Origin: Octopus sinensis
Lineage: Eukaryota
DNA: 64,000 nucleotides
Direction: 5' to 3'
NCBI RefSeq assembly: GCF_006345805.1
Contig: NC_042998.1
Coordinates: 73,780,001 to 73,844,000, forward strand
A program made the translations under genes and the position numbers. The notes beneath the pieces are model-generated. The model searched no databases. It was not told where the DNA came from and saw only the letters and a list, made by a program, of their open reading frames with translations. This document shows, piece by piece, positions 1-13,036 of the stretch (positions within the stretch are counted from its first letter, which is position 1; each line of letters begins with the position of its first letter).

Positions 1-774
1 AAACGAACCTTCCTTTACGCAGAAGTGTAGCAGTCCATAAAGAATAGATAAATCTCCCACAATGCCGTAAAATTCCACTCAGTAGACACATAGACTCTTG
101 CGCTAGAGATAAAAATCCCAAATTTCACATATTCCCTTTCAACCAATGTAAAGACAGAATCTCTACACAAGAAAGAATCAACAAGGAGTATCCTTTTATT
201 GAAAATTTCCAAACGCGTCTTAATATGTAAACTCCACGGTGACCATACTCCTTTTTCTAGCATCCTATCTGACAAAAAATTGATATAAGCATCCTGTTTG
301 ACAAAAAATCCATCATTCCAATTAAAGAGCATAAAATTCACAGAAATGTTTCCCCTTACTCACGGGAACTAGATAACTCCTACCCCATTTCTTGTTTTGA
401 CACACGATCAACCCACTCTTTCAAAATATACACTACATTTAAACACATGCATCCTAATCCTGCAAAGAAATTTTTCCAAGGACTATTATTGAACTCTAAA
501 AGAATAAAGACTCTACAATGTATTGGTATACTTATTTATTTATTTTTGTATATATGTATTATTATTTTTTTGTAAAAACATTGTAAATTTCTTTTTCTCC
601 TTCTTCAATTAAAAAAAAAATTTTCCCCTTCCAAATCTTGAAAATTTGCCTTGCCATAAAAGCCGATTTGATTTATTTTTTCTTTTTTAATTTTTCACTC
701 ACCCATTTTTATTAAAATTTCCTTTCACTTTAGCATTCTGCCTTATTATAATTTTCCTCTCTCTAAAAAGTTAA

Positions 775-837
775 GTAGCTGTTTTAACACCCAGTCATAG
801 AGTTGCAGGAGCTGCGTTAGACAGCTTCCACCTGGTC

Positions 838-840
<3 letters not shown>
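775..840 (-). mobile_element. Short CR1/jockey-group LINE RT fragment
   Basis: Translates as FRPGGSCLTQLLQLYDWVLKQLL, nearly identical to FRPGRSCLTQLLQHYDWVLRQLL in the LINE at 7812-9398. Confidence 0.75.
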
Positions 841-885
<45 letters not shown>

Positions 886-905
886 TGTTGTGTATATATA
901 TGTTC

Positions 906-1129
906 TGTTGTGTCTGGGGAGAGTCATTTTCTTTTTGTGCCTTATAATGTAACACACTCACCGGTAAAATTTCCACTTTTTTCTTATTTTTATTTTCCTA
1001 AAATTTTCGTTGCGTCTTGCAACCTTTTCAATAGTCTTGAGTCAAGACTATTAAAAAAGTGGAAATTTTACCGGTGAGTGTGTTACATTATAGGGCACAA
1101 AAAGAAAATGACTCTCCCCAGACACAACA
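906..1129. repeat. Inverted repeat (~77-bp arms, 906-982 / 1053-1129) flanked by (TA)n, with an internal hairpin at 1030-1052
   Basis: Arms are reverse complements with about 1 mismatch. The spacer contains aatagtcttga-g-tcaagactatt. Confidence 0.9.
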
Positions 1130-1189
1130 ATATGCTTCAACACACAAAATCATATAAAGAATCTTGCAAACCAATTCCCAAAACGAATA

Positions 1190-1551
1190 TATATACATGT
1201 ATATATATATATGTATATATATATGTATACATGTATATACGTATACATATATATATATGTATACATGTATATATGTATATATATATATGTATACATGTAT
1301 ATATGTATACATATATATATATGTATACATGTATATATGTATATATATATGTATACATGTATATATATATATCTATATATATATACATGTATATACATGT
1401 GTATATATATGTATATATATACATGCATATATATATACATGTGTGTATATACATATATATATATATATATATGCATATATATATATATGCATATGTAGAT
1501 ACATACATACAAATATACGGCCATATGTAAATGTAGATACATACTGAAAAT

Positions 1552-1594
<43 letters not shown>

Positions 1595-1836
1595 ATATAT
1601 GCATGCATGCACGTATGTACAGTGGTACACTGAATTATATATAAGCATCTAGATATATGAAATAATATATATATATATATATGTCGCATATATTATGAGA
1701 AGTGTACAGGTTTATATGTACTTTAATGTATATTATGAAGCGCGTTTGGCTCTCACGTCAGTAATTTATAATGAAGAATTGCATATTGTTCATACGTATG
1801 CTTTAAGAGACATCTATATTAGTTCACATTAGTGTG

Positions 1837-1903
<67 letters not shown>

Positions 1904-1990
1904 TATTCATATTTACATAAATATTTATACATACATACACACACATATATATGCACATGCATACATATATCAGTATATATGTAAACACAC
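1190..1990. repeat. (TA)n / (TACA)n compound microsatellite field
   Basis: Directly visible low-complexity repeats. The YI/IY/CV-rich ORFs here are artefacts of them. Confidence 0.95.
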
Positions 1991-2189
1991 ACACATGTAT
2001 ATATATATATATTGGCTTGTGGATAGAAATGCAATTAGAGATCGGAAACAGAGAGACTTGAATGTAAAATAATTCAGACCAGTGTTGCAAACTTAGTCAT
2101 TATTAATAACATGTCTCGTTGAAATATAGATACCAATCTCACCTTCGTCTACCACTATTACCACCACCACAACCGTTCTTGCTGCTGCT

Positions 2190-2950
2190 ACTACTATCTT
2201 CTTTACATATTCTTCCATAGTTTATAATAGATATTCTTTTGTACTCTAGTCACAAGGCTCATCTATCACAAATATTTGAGTCGTTAACTTTTATATTTGC
2301 CTATTCTGTTAGTAATAGTTAACATATGGCAAAGTCTTTTGTTCGTTGATTTTTAATTGTCCAACGTCACCAGATATTAAAAATCTAAGATATGTTGCCG
2401 TGCGTTCAGTTTCTTGCTGTTATTTTTCTGAAAAGTTAGAAATAAATTACATACAGCCTATGTAATTTATGATTTAAACATATGTCGAAATATTTTCTTG
2501 GTTAGCCACAGATCACTCTTTAAAGACACTCCAACCATGAACACACCCTATCGTTTTCCTATGTACCGGAAAGTATAATTAAGTATTTTTATTCAATGTA
2601 TCCTTTTCTAATTTGCTGGAGTGTGAATTCGGAATGATTTGGTTATTACTTCTAGGAGGTTGACTGACCGCATAGATTTTTGCCTCTTTGACTCATTTTA
2701 AGTATTTAACTTTATATATGTTTCTACATAAATGTGTTGTTTAACCTCAGGTAAAACAGACGGAACAAAGCCATGAACAAAAAGATTCGTACTAGAACGA
2801 TTCTGTCTTTATTTCGTTTAGGCATATCCAGTAATACATTGACCAATATAGCCTTCGTGTTTAAGATCACATTACTATATAGATCCAGTATTTGTATCCA
2901 TTGTATCATTTGAAGGAGATTTGGCTGACTTATCTAAGAAGCCAAATTAT
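2190..2950 (-). mobile_element. Highly degenerate Penelope-like element 3' region (linker / GIY-YIG remnant)
   Basis: Broken peptide stretches (KRNKDRIVLV, KIYAVSQPP, KKLNARQHI) resemble PLE linker and endonuclease segments. Many stops. Confidence 0.3.
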
Positions 2951-4582
2951 CGCATAGAAGTTACCTTCACCTTCGGTGTTCGTTCCAGGAAGTAAACTTA
3001 AAATAAAACATACACCTCAGTAGTAAAGTAGAATAAAGAAACTAAAGAAGTAACACATAACAAAATAATTATTCCATAACCTAGATCTACACCAAAGTTT
3101 TGATTACTTCAACATCCGAGTAATGAGTCTGTTTCTCATAATGATTTATGGGGGTATAATGTTGGACACACGCACATACACTCCCCAATTTATCTTTAGT
3201 CTAATTTGGTATAGAACTATTATAACTCTTATACTCCAAACTGTTCGTATATACATGCAAATATTAAGCCATTTTATATATACATACATGTCTTCAACGT
3301 TTTACCTTACACCTCAGCTTCTCCGTCTTCCATCACTCTTCTAGTTTCTTATCTCTAAGTATTTCCCCAGATTACATGGAATTCAACATCATTTATGGTT
3401 TTGCTATAAATGTCTACCAACAGAACTTCACATAGAAAATCATCAAACTCAGTTTTAGAAAGTGTGTGCAAAAGTTCTAAGAGCTGTCTCTTCTCTATTG
3501 AATAATAAATTTAAGAAATTACACTTGTCATGTTTCTGTGTTAATACATCGTCTGTTGCAACTATATCTCTTGTCTCTGAATTAGAACTCCTGCAGAACG
3601 AATAAATAAATATTTTACTTTTTCGTGACTACATTCCCCGTTACAACGCTCTTGAACTAAGAGGATGCCTGAAAAATGCTTGACATCACATAAGACATGC
3701 CTTCTAATTATGCACCTCAGTCAGACACATCGTATAAGTCTTCCGTCAACGAAAAGAAAAAGAAAATAAACATGGAAGAATCTTTTACTAGTACTAAGAA
3801 ATGTCAGCTAAACTATGTATATCGACAACGAGTATTTATTAATTCCCATCACTAACATTTGAAACAAGTCTTGATGTGTAGTACGTGATTTCATTCACAC
3901 AGCCTTCTAAACGATTTCAACGGCTGTCAGAATGTATATCATTTATGAAAACACTCCACTGCCATTCCAGTTTCCCGTAACACTAATCATAACTTATTTA
4001 ATCTATGTAATTATTGTCATGTTAAGTCTTTGAAGACAGGTTTCGTCCAAATAAAAAAATTATCGCTGTCATCGCTGTTTAGACCCCTGTCAGTCGTTCT
4101 TTGAAAGACATTTGATCAAAGACAACACAACCATCACCATTCTTGATTCGAAGCACATAAAGGACTTTATTACCCAATGTGACCTCCATTGTTTTTTAAG
4201 AGATTGGGATATTATTTGAAGGAAATTGGCTGCCATTTCTAGAAAATCCGACGACCTTTTAGAATCTCTCTTTTCCGTTCTCTCTCGCTCGTTTTCTCTC
4301 TCTCTTTTCTTCTTCTTCTTCTTCTTCTTCTTTTCTCTTTCTTTCCTTCTCTTTCTCTCTTTCCTTCTTTGTTTGCTTCGTTTCAAATAAACGTTTAATT
4401 TGTAACGACCAACTGTATATCTTCAAAGTTATATGTCACTTTGATCTACCGCCACGAAATACGTCATGTAATGGAATCTAGGTTTATAACATTGAACAAC
4501 ACTTAAATCAATACTCTATGTAGTAGACTTCAGCTGCTAACGTAAACATTTCTTTCCCTCACAAACACACACACACACACAC

Positions 4583-6228
4583 ACTTACATACACAACATA
4601 GATTGAGTCACAGACAAAATGCACGTGTTCATGTGTGTTCTTCAGTTTGATGTACACAGCCATTTTTCAGGAGATTCACAAAATTTACAAAGTTCATGGA
4701 TCATTCACAGATCACACAATATATAATGTTGGTTTTAATTACATACCATGGGACCGTGTAAGGCTGTCTTTTCTTTTCTTCAAGGTGATGGCAGCAACAC
4801 TTATCTTTTGAACTAATATATTGCATTCTTTAACTATATATTGAGTAATAAAACACGCAGCTTTGGATTAAGTATATAATATTTACGTCCAATATTTATG
4901 TTGCAGTGGACACAATATTATACTTGCCAAATGCGACGAGGTGGCAGAATTGTTAGCACGCCAGGAAAAATGCTTAGTGGCGTTTTGTCTGTCTGAATTT
5001 AAACTCCGATGAGCTCGACTTAGCCTTTCAATTTTTCGGGGTCTATAAATAAGTACGAGAGCCGATTTGGATTTGAATTTCTTTCTTTTGTATTTCAGTA
5101 TTATCCATGAAAATTTTCTGGTACGATGTCCACTTGATTATCAACGGAGTGCTAAGTATTCTTAGTTTACCAGCGTAAATGAAAGTCAACGAAACGAGAA
5201 GAAAATTCAGTTCTTAAACCACGTATCGCAGCTATAATTATATTTTAGTCAGTAGGTTTGATCTCACTGAATGTAAAAATATGAGCATAGTATGATTTTT
5301 CCTATTGACATTGCCGCAACGGAAGTTTGTTTGGAAGACAAGTATGTATCTCCACTTGTCCTGTATAAGCTGGTTCACACACACACACAACACACACACA
5401 CACACACACTTACATACACAACATAGATTGAGTCACAGACAAAATGCACGTGTTCATGTGTGTTCTTCAGTTTGATGTACACAGCCATTTTTCAGGAGAT
5501 TCACAAAATTTACAAAGTTCATGGATCATTCACAGATCACACAATATATAATGTTGGTTTTAATTACATACCATGGGACCGTGTAAGGCTGTCTTTTCTT
5601 TTCTTCAAGGTGATGGCAGCAACACTTATCTTTTGAACTAATATATTGCATTCTTTAACTAATATATTGAGTTAATAAAACACGCAGCTTTGGATTAAGT
5701 ATATAATATTTACGTCCAATATTTATGTTGCAGTGGACACAATATTATACTTGCCAAATGCGACGAGGTGGCAGAATTGTTAGCACGCCAGGAAAAATGC
5801 TTAGTGGCGTTTTGTCTGTCTGAATTTAAACTCCGATGAGCTCGACTTAGCCTTTCAATTTTTCGGGGTCTATAAATAAGTACGAGAGCCGATTTGGATT
5901 TGAATTTCTTTCTTTTGTATTTCAGTATTATCCATGAAAATTTTCTGGTACGATGTCCACTTGATTATCAAACGGAGTGCTAAGTATTCTTAGTTTACCA
6001 GCGTAAATGAAAGTCAACGAAACGAGAAGAAAATTCAGTTCTTAAACCACGTATCGCAGCTATAATTATATTTTAGTCAGTAGGTTTGATCTCACTGAAT
6101 GTAAAAATATGAGCATAGTATGATTTTTCCTATTGACATTGCCGCAACGGAAGTTTGTTTGGAAGACAAGTATGTATCTCCACTTGTCCTGTATAAGCTG
6201 GTTCACACACACACACACACACACACTT
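4583..6228 (+). repeat. Tandem duplication, two ~820-bp units bounded by (CA)n tracts
   Basis: acttacatacacaacatagattgag starts at 4583 and 5408. Units differ only by small indels, and a third junction acttac lies at ~6225. Confidence 0.95.
4931..5065 (+). mobile_element. tRNA-derived SINE family A, degenerate (duplicated at ~5756-5890)
   Basis: Matches the gagctggcagaatcgttagcacgccgg...gtcgac...aagtac family seen repeatedly in the window. Confidence 0.7.
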
Positions 6229-6952
6229 ACAGCTGAAAATTCAGTGTCTTTAATTAGAATGTTAAATCTACTAAAAATGCTAGACTTAAAGGCATTTAGG
6301 ATTACGAAAATCTCAGATACTCGCGTTTTATTCTCAGAAGCAAATCAAGTCTCTGTATTGAATCTCTCATTCCGATACAAATATGTGAATCTGACGATGT
6401 TTCAAGCCATGAGACAAAGTCAGGTTTACTGTTTTGCACTACGTTTCCTCACGCTGTGTTAAATTCCGAATGCTTTTATACGTCTTTGAAACTGAGCCAC
6501 AATTCCTATATTCCAAGTATGGCACTGCTTTATCAATAGTTTCTGGTGTTAGCTTTGATAAGTCTTCATTTCTCTATATTGTACACTTATTCTACAGTAG
6601 TAGCCTTCATTGACACCAGTTGCACAAACACCTTAACACTGGTTTTGTTTCTGTTTTTGATTAGGGCTTTTCTTTCAGTTTCCCAATTGATGTATTTGTG
6701 CAACTAAGATGTTCTGTGATCTTAAGAGCTGACCTTCTATATTTGTATTGATTTGCAAGTGTACAATTGCACTATACAATGTATGGACGCATATCGGTGC
6801 AGGTGTGTAAAATAAATTATTATGCACTGAAATCTTTATTACATGATGAAGGTTGCGAAACGGTCGTAATCCTTAGGATATCAAGTGGTTAAATAAATAT
6901 ATTCACATCTTATATCTCGTACCACCTAACTTTTTATGGACTACATATATAT

Positions 6953-7695
6953 TGTTGCGAACTGCGACCTCCGGATCCACTAGCACGGCTCCATCAGTCT
7001 AGTCAGAAGCTATGAAGACCGCAGGCCAGCCCAGCAAACTAACTTGTTTAGAGTGGAAGAAATAGTCTTACCTGGCTGGATGTCTTGTGTAATCTGGTTC
7101 TTCTCCGCTCGAGTTCACTTCTACTGGTCCCATCGAATCTTTACCCCGACCTTCTTCGTAGCCAACTTCACGCTCACTGTTTGTTTACTTTGCCATCTTC
7201 ACACTAGCTATATTCACAGCCATCTTCACATTCCGTGTTCTTTTACCAGTTCAAATCGTCCACTTCAATGCAAAAAACGTCAACTATCCCCATCAAACGC
7301 TCACTTCGACTCGCCGGCACTGCCTACAGTATCAACTATTCACATAAACCGCTCACGTCGGCTAATGGCACTCACTCCGAGCCAAATGTCCGACAACAAA
7401 TGCTCACGTAATCTACCGTTCATATCAACAACAGACGCCAAATGTCTAGCGCCAACTCATGCATATCAACCGTCGCACATAGGCTCCAGGCACAGACTGA
7501 CTGCCACGTGTTGATTAAAAATATGCAAATCCGTCCATCCTACTTTAAACAGTTACGTGACCAAATTGAATTTTTGTTTTCGTTGGGATTGATTTTTTAT
7601 TTACTATAAGTCTTCCCTTGCAATACCATGGGGCGGTAGTTCTAATTCGCGTGGTGCTATCAGAAATTAAATTTAGATAATTTCTCATTCATAAC

Positions 7696-7696
<1 letters not shown>
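6953..7696. mobile_element. Candidate solo LTR (~745 bp)
   Basis: Starts TGTTGCGAA and ends TTCATAACA (7/9 inverted match, TG...CA). GC-richer than flanks and embedded in TA-rich sequence. No clean TSD. Confidence 0.3.
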
Positions 7697-7750
<54 letters not shown>

Positions 7751-7811
7751 CCTAGTTTCAGCTCAGAGCTGCGGCCATGCTGATGCACCGCCGTCTTGTG
7801 CTACACTGCTA

Positions 7812-9398
7812 TTACGACGAACCTCGTCTAATATGTGGCACTTGGTGAAGAATGGAGTTTGATATAGCTACTCTCATTTGCACCTCCTGCCGTGAGGTAG
7901 GCTCATCTGGGACTCTCGACAGGAAGATGTCCAGCTTTGATTTAAAAACCGCTACATCCACTTTGTGCAAGTTCCTCAGACTCTTTGGGAGAATATTAAA
8001 AAGCTGTGGGCCCTTGAAACCCAGGCTGTTGCTGAAGCTGGTCCTGAAGCGTGATGGCATTGCTGGGATCTTTGGCACTATGCAGTGTCGTCCCGTTCTA
8101 GCATTGGTGTAGCTTACAATGCCAAAATTTGGCACAATTCCTTCCAGGATCTTCCAGACATATATCACTGCATACCTCTCCCGTCTTCTCTCCAGGGAGT
8201 AGAGTCTTAGCTGTTTCAACCTTTCCCAGTAGCTGAGATGTGGCAAAGAGATGATCTTCTTTGTGAATCTTCTCTGGATTGCTTCAAGGTCCGCTGTTAA
8301 TTTTACACTGGTGGGTGTATATAGCTGTGAGCAGTAATCCAGGCGACTGAGGACGAATGTCCGCCAGAGGACCATCATGGTTTCCTTATCTCTGGTTCTG
8401 AATGTTCTTAGGATCCACCCAGCTAGTCGTCTGCACTTTGTCGCCATCCTGGTAATGTGCACTTGGAAAGAGGTATCATCACTCATGTCGATACCCAGGT
8501 CCCTCACAGACTTAGGCTCTGGGATTGAAATTCCCTGTGGACCGGTGTATCCTGTAAGTTTAATATTCAGTTTTGGATGCTGGTAGCGCAGGGCCTGGAA
8601 TTTTTCAGCATTAAACTGCATATTATTATCCTCAGCCCATCTGTAGATTGAGTCCAACTCCTGCTGCAGGTGTGCAACATCGCTGGGGTTCTGTATTTTC
8701 TGCGAGACTTTCGTATCGTCTGCATAGCTGGCCAGAGTGGCTATCCGGGCTCTTGAGGGCATATCTAGGAGGGCCACTATAAAAAGCAGTGGTCCCAAGA
8801 CAGTGCCCTGTGGAACACCGCTCACTATTTGTGTGTTCATAGAGGTAGCTCCATTAACCACTACTGCCTGACTCCTATCTTTCAGAAGGTCATGCAACCA
8901 CACTCCAAGTTTTCCAGCTATGCCGAGGTCACGTAGTTTGTGGTATATCATACCATGATCCACCTTGTCAAAAGCTTTTGCAAAATCAAGGTAGATTACG
9001 TCCACATTTGATTTTTTGAGTAACTGCCTCAACACCCAGTCATAATGCTGTAAGAGCTGGGTCAGGCAGCTCCTACCTGGTCGGAAACCATGCTGGGTAT
9101 TACTCAGCAAGTTATTTTCCTCAAGGAATGCGATTAGTTTCTTTCTGACTATCCGTTCCATGACTTTGCTGATGTGTGAAGTCAGAGAGATAGGCCTATA
9201 GTTTTTGGCATCTGCTCTACCTCCCCCTTTATGTATTGGGCATATTATTCCCTCCTTCAGCTTGCTTGGCAGTTTTGCCATTCGCAAGAAAGGTCTGGAA
9301 GAGAATCTTGAGGGGTTTTGCCAGGGCATGCTTACACGCTTTGAAGAGGATGGCTGAGAAACCGTCTGGACCAGCAGCTGAGTTTGTGTCCACTTCAT
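7812..9398 (-). CDS. LINE reverse transcriptase domain (ORF2 C-terminal part)
   Basis: 528-aa ORF with canonical non-LTR RT motifs. True reading joins the upstream frame via a frameshift near 9275-9290. Confidence 0.9.
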   Translation of the reverse strand: MKWTQTQLLVQTVSQPSSSKRVSMPWQNPSRFSSRPFLRMAKLPSKLKEGIICPIHKGGGRADAKNYRPISLTSHISKVMERIVRKKLIAFLEENNLLSNTQHGFRPGRSCLTQLLQHYDWVLRQLLKKSNVDVIYLDFAKAFDKVDHGMIYHKLRDLGIAGKLGVWLHDLLKDRSQAVVVNGATSMNTQIVSGVPQGTVLGPLLFIVALLDMPSRARIATLASYADDTKVSQKIQNPSDVAHLQQELDSIYRWAEDNNMQFNAEKFQALRYQHPKLNIKLTGYTGPQGISIPEPKSVRDLGIDMSDDTSFQVHITRMATKCRRLAGWILRTFRTRDKETMMVLWRTFVLSRLDYCSQLYTPTSVKLTADLEAIQRRFTKKIISLPHLSYWERLKQLRLYSLERRRERYAVIYVWKILEGIVPNFGIVSYTNARTGRHCIVPKIPAMPSRFRTSFSNSLGFKGPQLFNILPKSLRNLHKVDVAVFKSKLDIFLSRVPDEPTSRQEVQMRVAISNSILHQVPHIRRGSS

Positions 9399-10580
9399 CT
9401 ATGGCTGGTAGGACATCTTTTTCGCTAATGTCAATACATTCTATTGTAACCGCCTCGCTGGTTATAGGTGAGGCGGCAAAGAAGTCCACTGGTTCGTACA
9501 CTTGTCTGTGTTCCAACGGGTTGGTAAAGACACTTTTGAACTGGTCATTCAGCATCTCACTGATCATAGTTGGACTGTCTGTGAGGGAGCCATCCTTTTG
9601 AAGGAGGGGTCCTATCTTGTAGTGCACTGAGACTGTTTCTTTCGCGTAATGAAAGAAGGCCTTTGGGTTTGATTTAATGTTTTTTATAACCCAGGCTTCT
9701 TTGTCTGATTTCTCCTTCACATAGGATTGTTGCAGCCTTTTTTCGATCTCCATCAGTGTTGTTTTTAGGCGGGACGTTTCGCTACTTTTGGGATGTTGGT
9801 TGAGACGATTTACAACCTTCGTCCGTCGTCTCATGAGGATCTTCCTGTCTCTTGGAATCTTGCTCCTATTTGTTTTGGCCTTGTGCTCTGGGACATATTT
9901 CTGGCATACGGCTTGCACAGAAGACATGAAACATTCTAGTTTCATGTCAATGTCTGGTGTGGAGAGACATTCCGGCCAGTCCTCTCTGAGGATCTCTTTT
10001 TGGATCGATTTCCAATCTGCTTTGTGGAAGTTCAGATTGGAGAGATTTCGGGTGCTTCCTTTAGGCTGTATGTCTCTGGTTACTTTCGGCCCAAACATAG
10101 ACAGTTCTATTATGTTGTGATCCGAAACTGATGTCGGTGTCACTTTCACATCATGAATGATGTCCATATTGTTCGTGAAGCAGATATCCAGAATGTTATT
10201 CGCCCTAGTTGGCTTCAGTACAACTTGCTCCATGAATAAGGCATTGGTGAGGTTGAGCAGGGACTCCACCTGTACTTGCTTGCAATGATTCATTCCTGAG
10301 AGTATGTGACCTTCGGGCCATTTGACGTTGGGGAAGTTGAAATCACCCATAAGAAATATGAGGATTTCTTTAATTCTTGTGAGGCAATCTTCAAACTTGC
10401 CTATGTGATTTGGGGTATCCGGTGGGCAATATGTATTGCATATGACTATATTATGTTGTCTTATGTATACAATTAAGGTGTCACATACCGAATTTGAGTA
10501 TGTCATCAAGACCTGGGGTGTGAGGTCATCTCGGATGTATACAGCAACTCCACCATGGCTCCTTTCCCTTCTGTCTGTTA
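9229..10580 (-). CDS. LINE APE endonuclease and linker (ORF2 N-terminal part, 5'-truncated)
   Basis: Open frame with APE catalytic motifs and SAAGPDG. The N-terminal residues of the called ORF come from the (TA)n tract. Confidence 0.85.
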
Positions 10581-10649
10581 CATATATATCCATATATATA
10601 TTTATATATATATATACATATATATATATATACACATACATATATATAC

Positions 10650-10711
<62 letters not shown>

Positions 10712-10713
<2 letters not shown>

Positions 10714-11007
10714 AGGCGCAATGGCCCAATGGTTAGGGCAGCGGACTCGCGGTTGTAGAATCGCGGTTTCGATTCCCAGACCGGGCGTTGTGAGTGTTTA
10801 TTGAGCGAAAACACCTAAAAGCTCCACGGCCTCCGGCAGGGGGTGGTGATCCCTGATGTACTCTTTCACCACTCTTTGTCCCACTCTTTCTTCTGTGGGC
10901 CGGCTCGCTTAGCCAGCGGGGTGGCGTCATTCGAAGGCTAAAACAATGCGAACACATTGTGACCAGCAATGTGTAACTACATCAGATGGACTGGTCGGTC
11001 ACGTGAT

Positions 11008-11015
<8 letters not shown>
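10712..11015 (+). mobile_element. tRNA-derived SINE family C
   Basis: tRNA-like head ggaggcgcaatggcccaatggttagggcagcggactc...ggtttcgattccc with A/B-box-like motifs. Inserted between (TG)n and (TA)n. Related head at 53815-53935 (-). Confidence 0.75.
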
Positions 11016-11051
<36 letters not shown>

Positions 11052-12184
11052 AGGACGTGTCATAATACTATTCTGCAGCCATACCAACAATCCAACATAC
11101 ATCCATCTTAAGCTGCCCCACGGATATCATTATGGTTTCGACACCTGGGCAGTACCATTCAATCCGGTGTTGTCAACAACACTAAAATAAGTGTTGTTTG
11201 AGAACAAACAAACCAAAGAAACAGAATATAATGATACGAGCTAATAGTTTCTTACTTTCGAGACGCGGGTTTGCGGGTCTGCGAGTCTAAGCCGGTTTTT
11301 ATAACACGCCTTGTGTCTCCAAGCAATCTCAGGCTCTGAACATATGATCTATTCAATTTGTTGCATATCAGTCTATTTTTATACCTCAGAACTATGTCAG
11401 TGGGGTGTACCTGATCGTGGGTCCTCTTTCTATGGGACCTGAAGAGTAAATGTAATGTTGTCACTTTCACTTTCGCTTCACCTACATATTCGTGCTAAAT
11501 GTAATTCTTTTTGATAGATTCCAGGATTTGCCTAACCGTAAATATAAATAAACTATAATGAATAAAATAAACCCTTCACCATGTACATGTGATCATTACT
11601 TTCGCTTATAATCATAATTGTACATATGCATACATCTATTTATCTCTCTGCTTACGTCAGCGTCTATCTGCATGCCTATTTAGTTGTGTTGTCTAGCTAT
11701 TTATCCCTCTATCTGTAACCTTACTAATCTATCCATCAATTCATGTAATCTGTCAATGTGTCTATCTATCTATATATCTGCATATGTATTATGAGATATA
11801 GAAACGTAATTTCCATATACACAAGCGTACAGCAGTACTGTTAAGAGGGAAATACTTCCTTTTACAGGAGAAGCTATGTGTATATTGTGTTCCAAATATG
11901 TCGTCTCTTAACACATTTCGTGTGTAGAAGCGGTCACCTGAGAATATTTCGCTGAGAAAGTGGAGTACCAGTTTCAGTAACTATGTTACGTGTTTCAACC
12001 TACATCTCCTTTATATTTAATATTTATAATCGATAAACGAACAGAAACATAGTTTACAAATTGTCTTACTCACATGCGTACAGAAGCACACAAGCGCACA
12101 AAAGCATTTATGTATTTATATATACGCATATTTATGTGTATGCATCTAGGAGATGTGTATATATGCATACTGTGCATATATATA

Positions 12185-12228
<44 letters not shown>

Positions 12229-12382
12229 TATATATGCATAGATAAATACGTATGTAAACGAATATATATTTGTTCATGTTTCTCTCACTCAGGATTTCTT
12301 TCTCTAGAAATATATATATATATGCATATATATGTATGTATATATATATATATATAAAGATATATGCATATGTATGTATATG

Positions 12383-12417
<35 letters not shown>

Positions 12418-12962
12418 TCATATATATATTATATATTATATACATACATATATACATACATGCATGCACGTACACACACTCATTATATATATATATATAT
12501 TACGTCAAAGCTTCCATAGATGCAGATTTTCTATTATCTGCTTTGATGTAATTCTAAATTGCAACTACAGAAAGCTTCGTTTTTGCTTTCTCCATATCTT
12601 GTGAGTCTCAGATTGCTGAAAATGATATTACTAGCCATATATATTGGCCACAACCGAAATGTTAGAATGCATTAATTTACCCTATGCATGAGACTAGTTT
12701 TTGGAGAAACCTGTACGTGCATGTGTGTGCATGTGCGCCTGTCTCTGTTTGTGTGTGTGTGTGTGTGTGGTATGGTATGTACGTATGTGTATATGCATGT
12801 TTGCATTGACATCCACATTCACAGACATAGTTATTTTCGAGAAAAAAGGATTTAACATCATTTGATTTCATTTCATGCATAAATAAATGTATATATATAT
12901 ATGTGTGTATATGTATACATATATATATATATGTATATATACATATATATATGTATATATAT

Positions 12963-13036
<74 letters not shown>

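Larger units (their letters stand above)
7750..10580 (-). mobile_element. CR1/jockey-group LINE, 5'-truncated ORF2 (APE endonuclease + RT) with intact 3' tail
   Basis: APE motifs (GGVAVYI, MGDFNFP, LDICFTN, SDHNII) and RT motifs (YRPISLTS, QHGFR, DFAKAFDKV, GVPQGTVLGPLLF, YADDTK). Flanked by (TA)n. Confidence 0.95.

Noticed and set aside
15-341. 108-aa non-repetitive ORF at the window start
   Set aside because: No recognisable motif or splice context. It could be a transposon remnant or chance.
1078-2090. Many overlapping 70-180 aa ORFs rich in Y/I/C/V/M/H (and similar ones throughout the window)
   Set aside because: Translations of (TA)n, (TG)n, (TACA)n and (GATA)n microsatellites, which lack stop codons in some frames.
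7044-7514. 156-aa ORF inside the candidate LTR
   Set aside because: No gag, pol or other domain signature. Probably incidental in GC-richer sequence.
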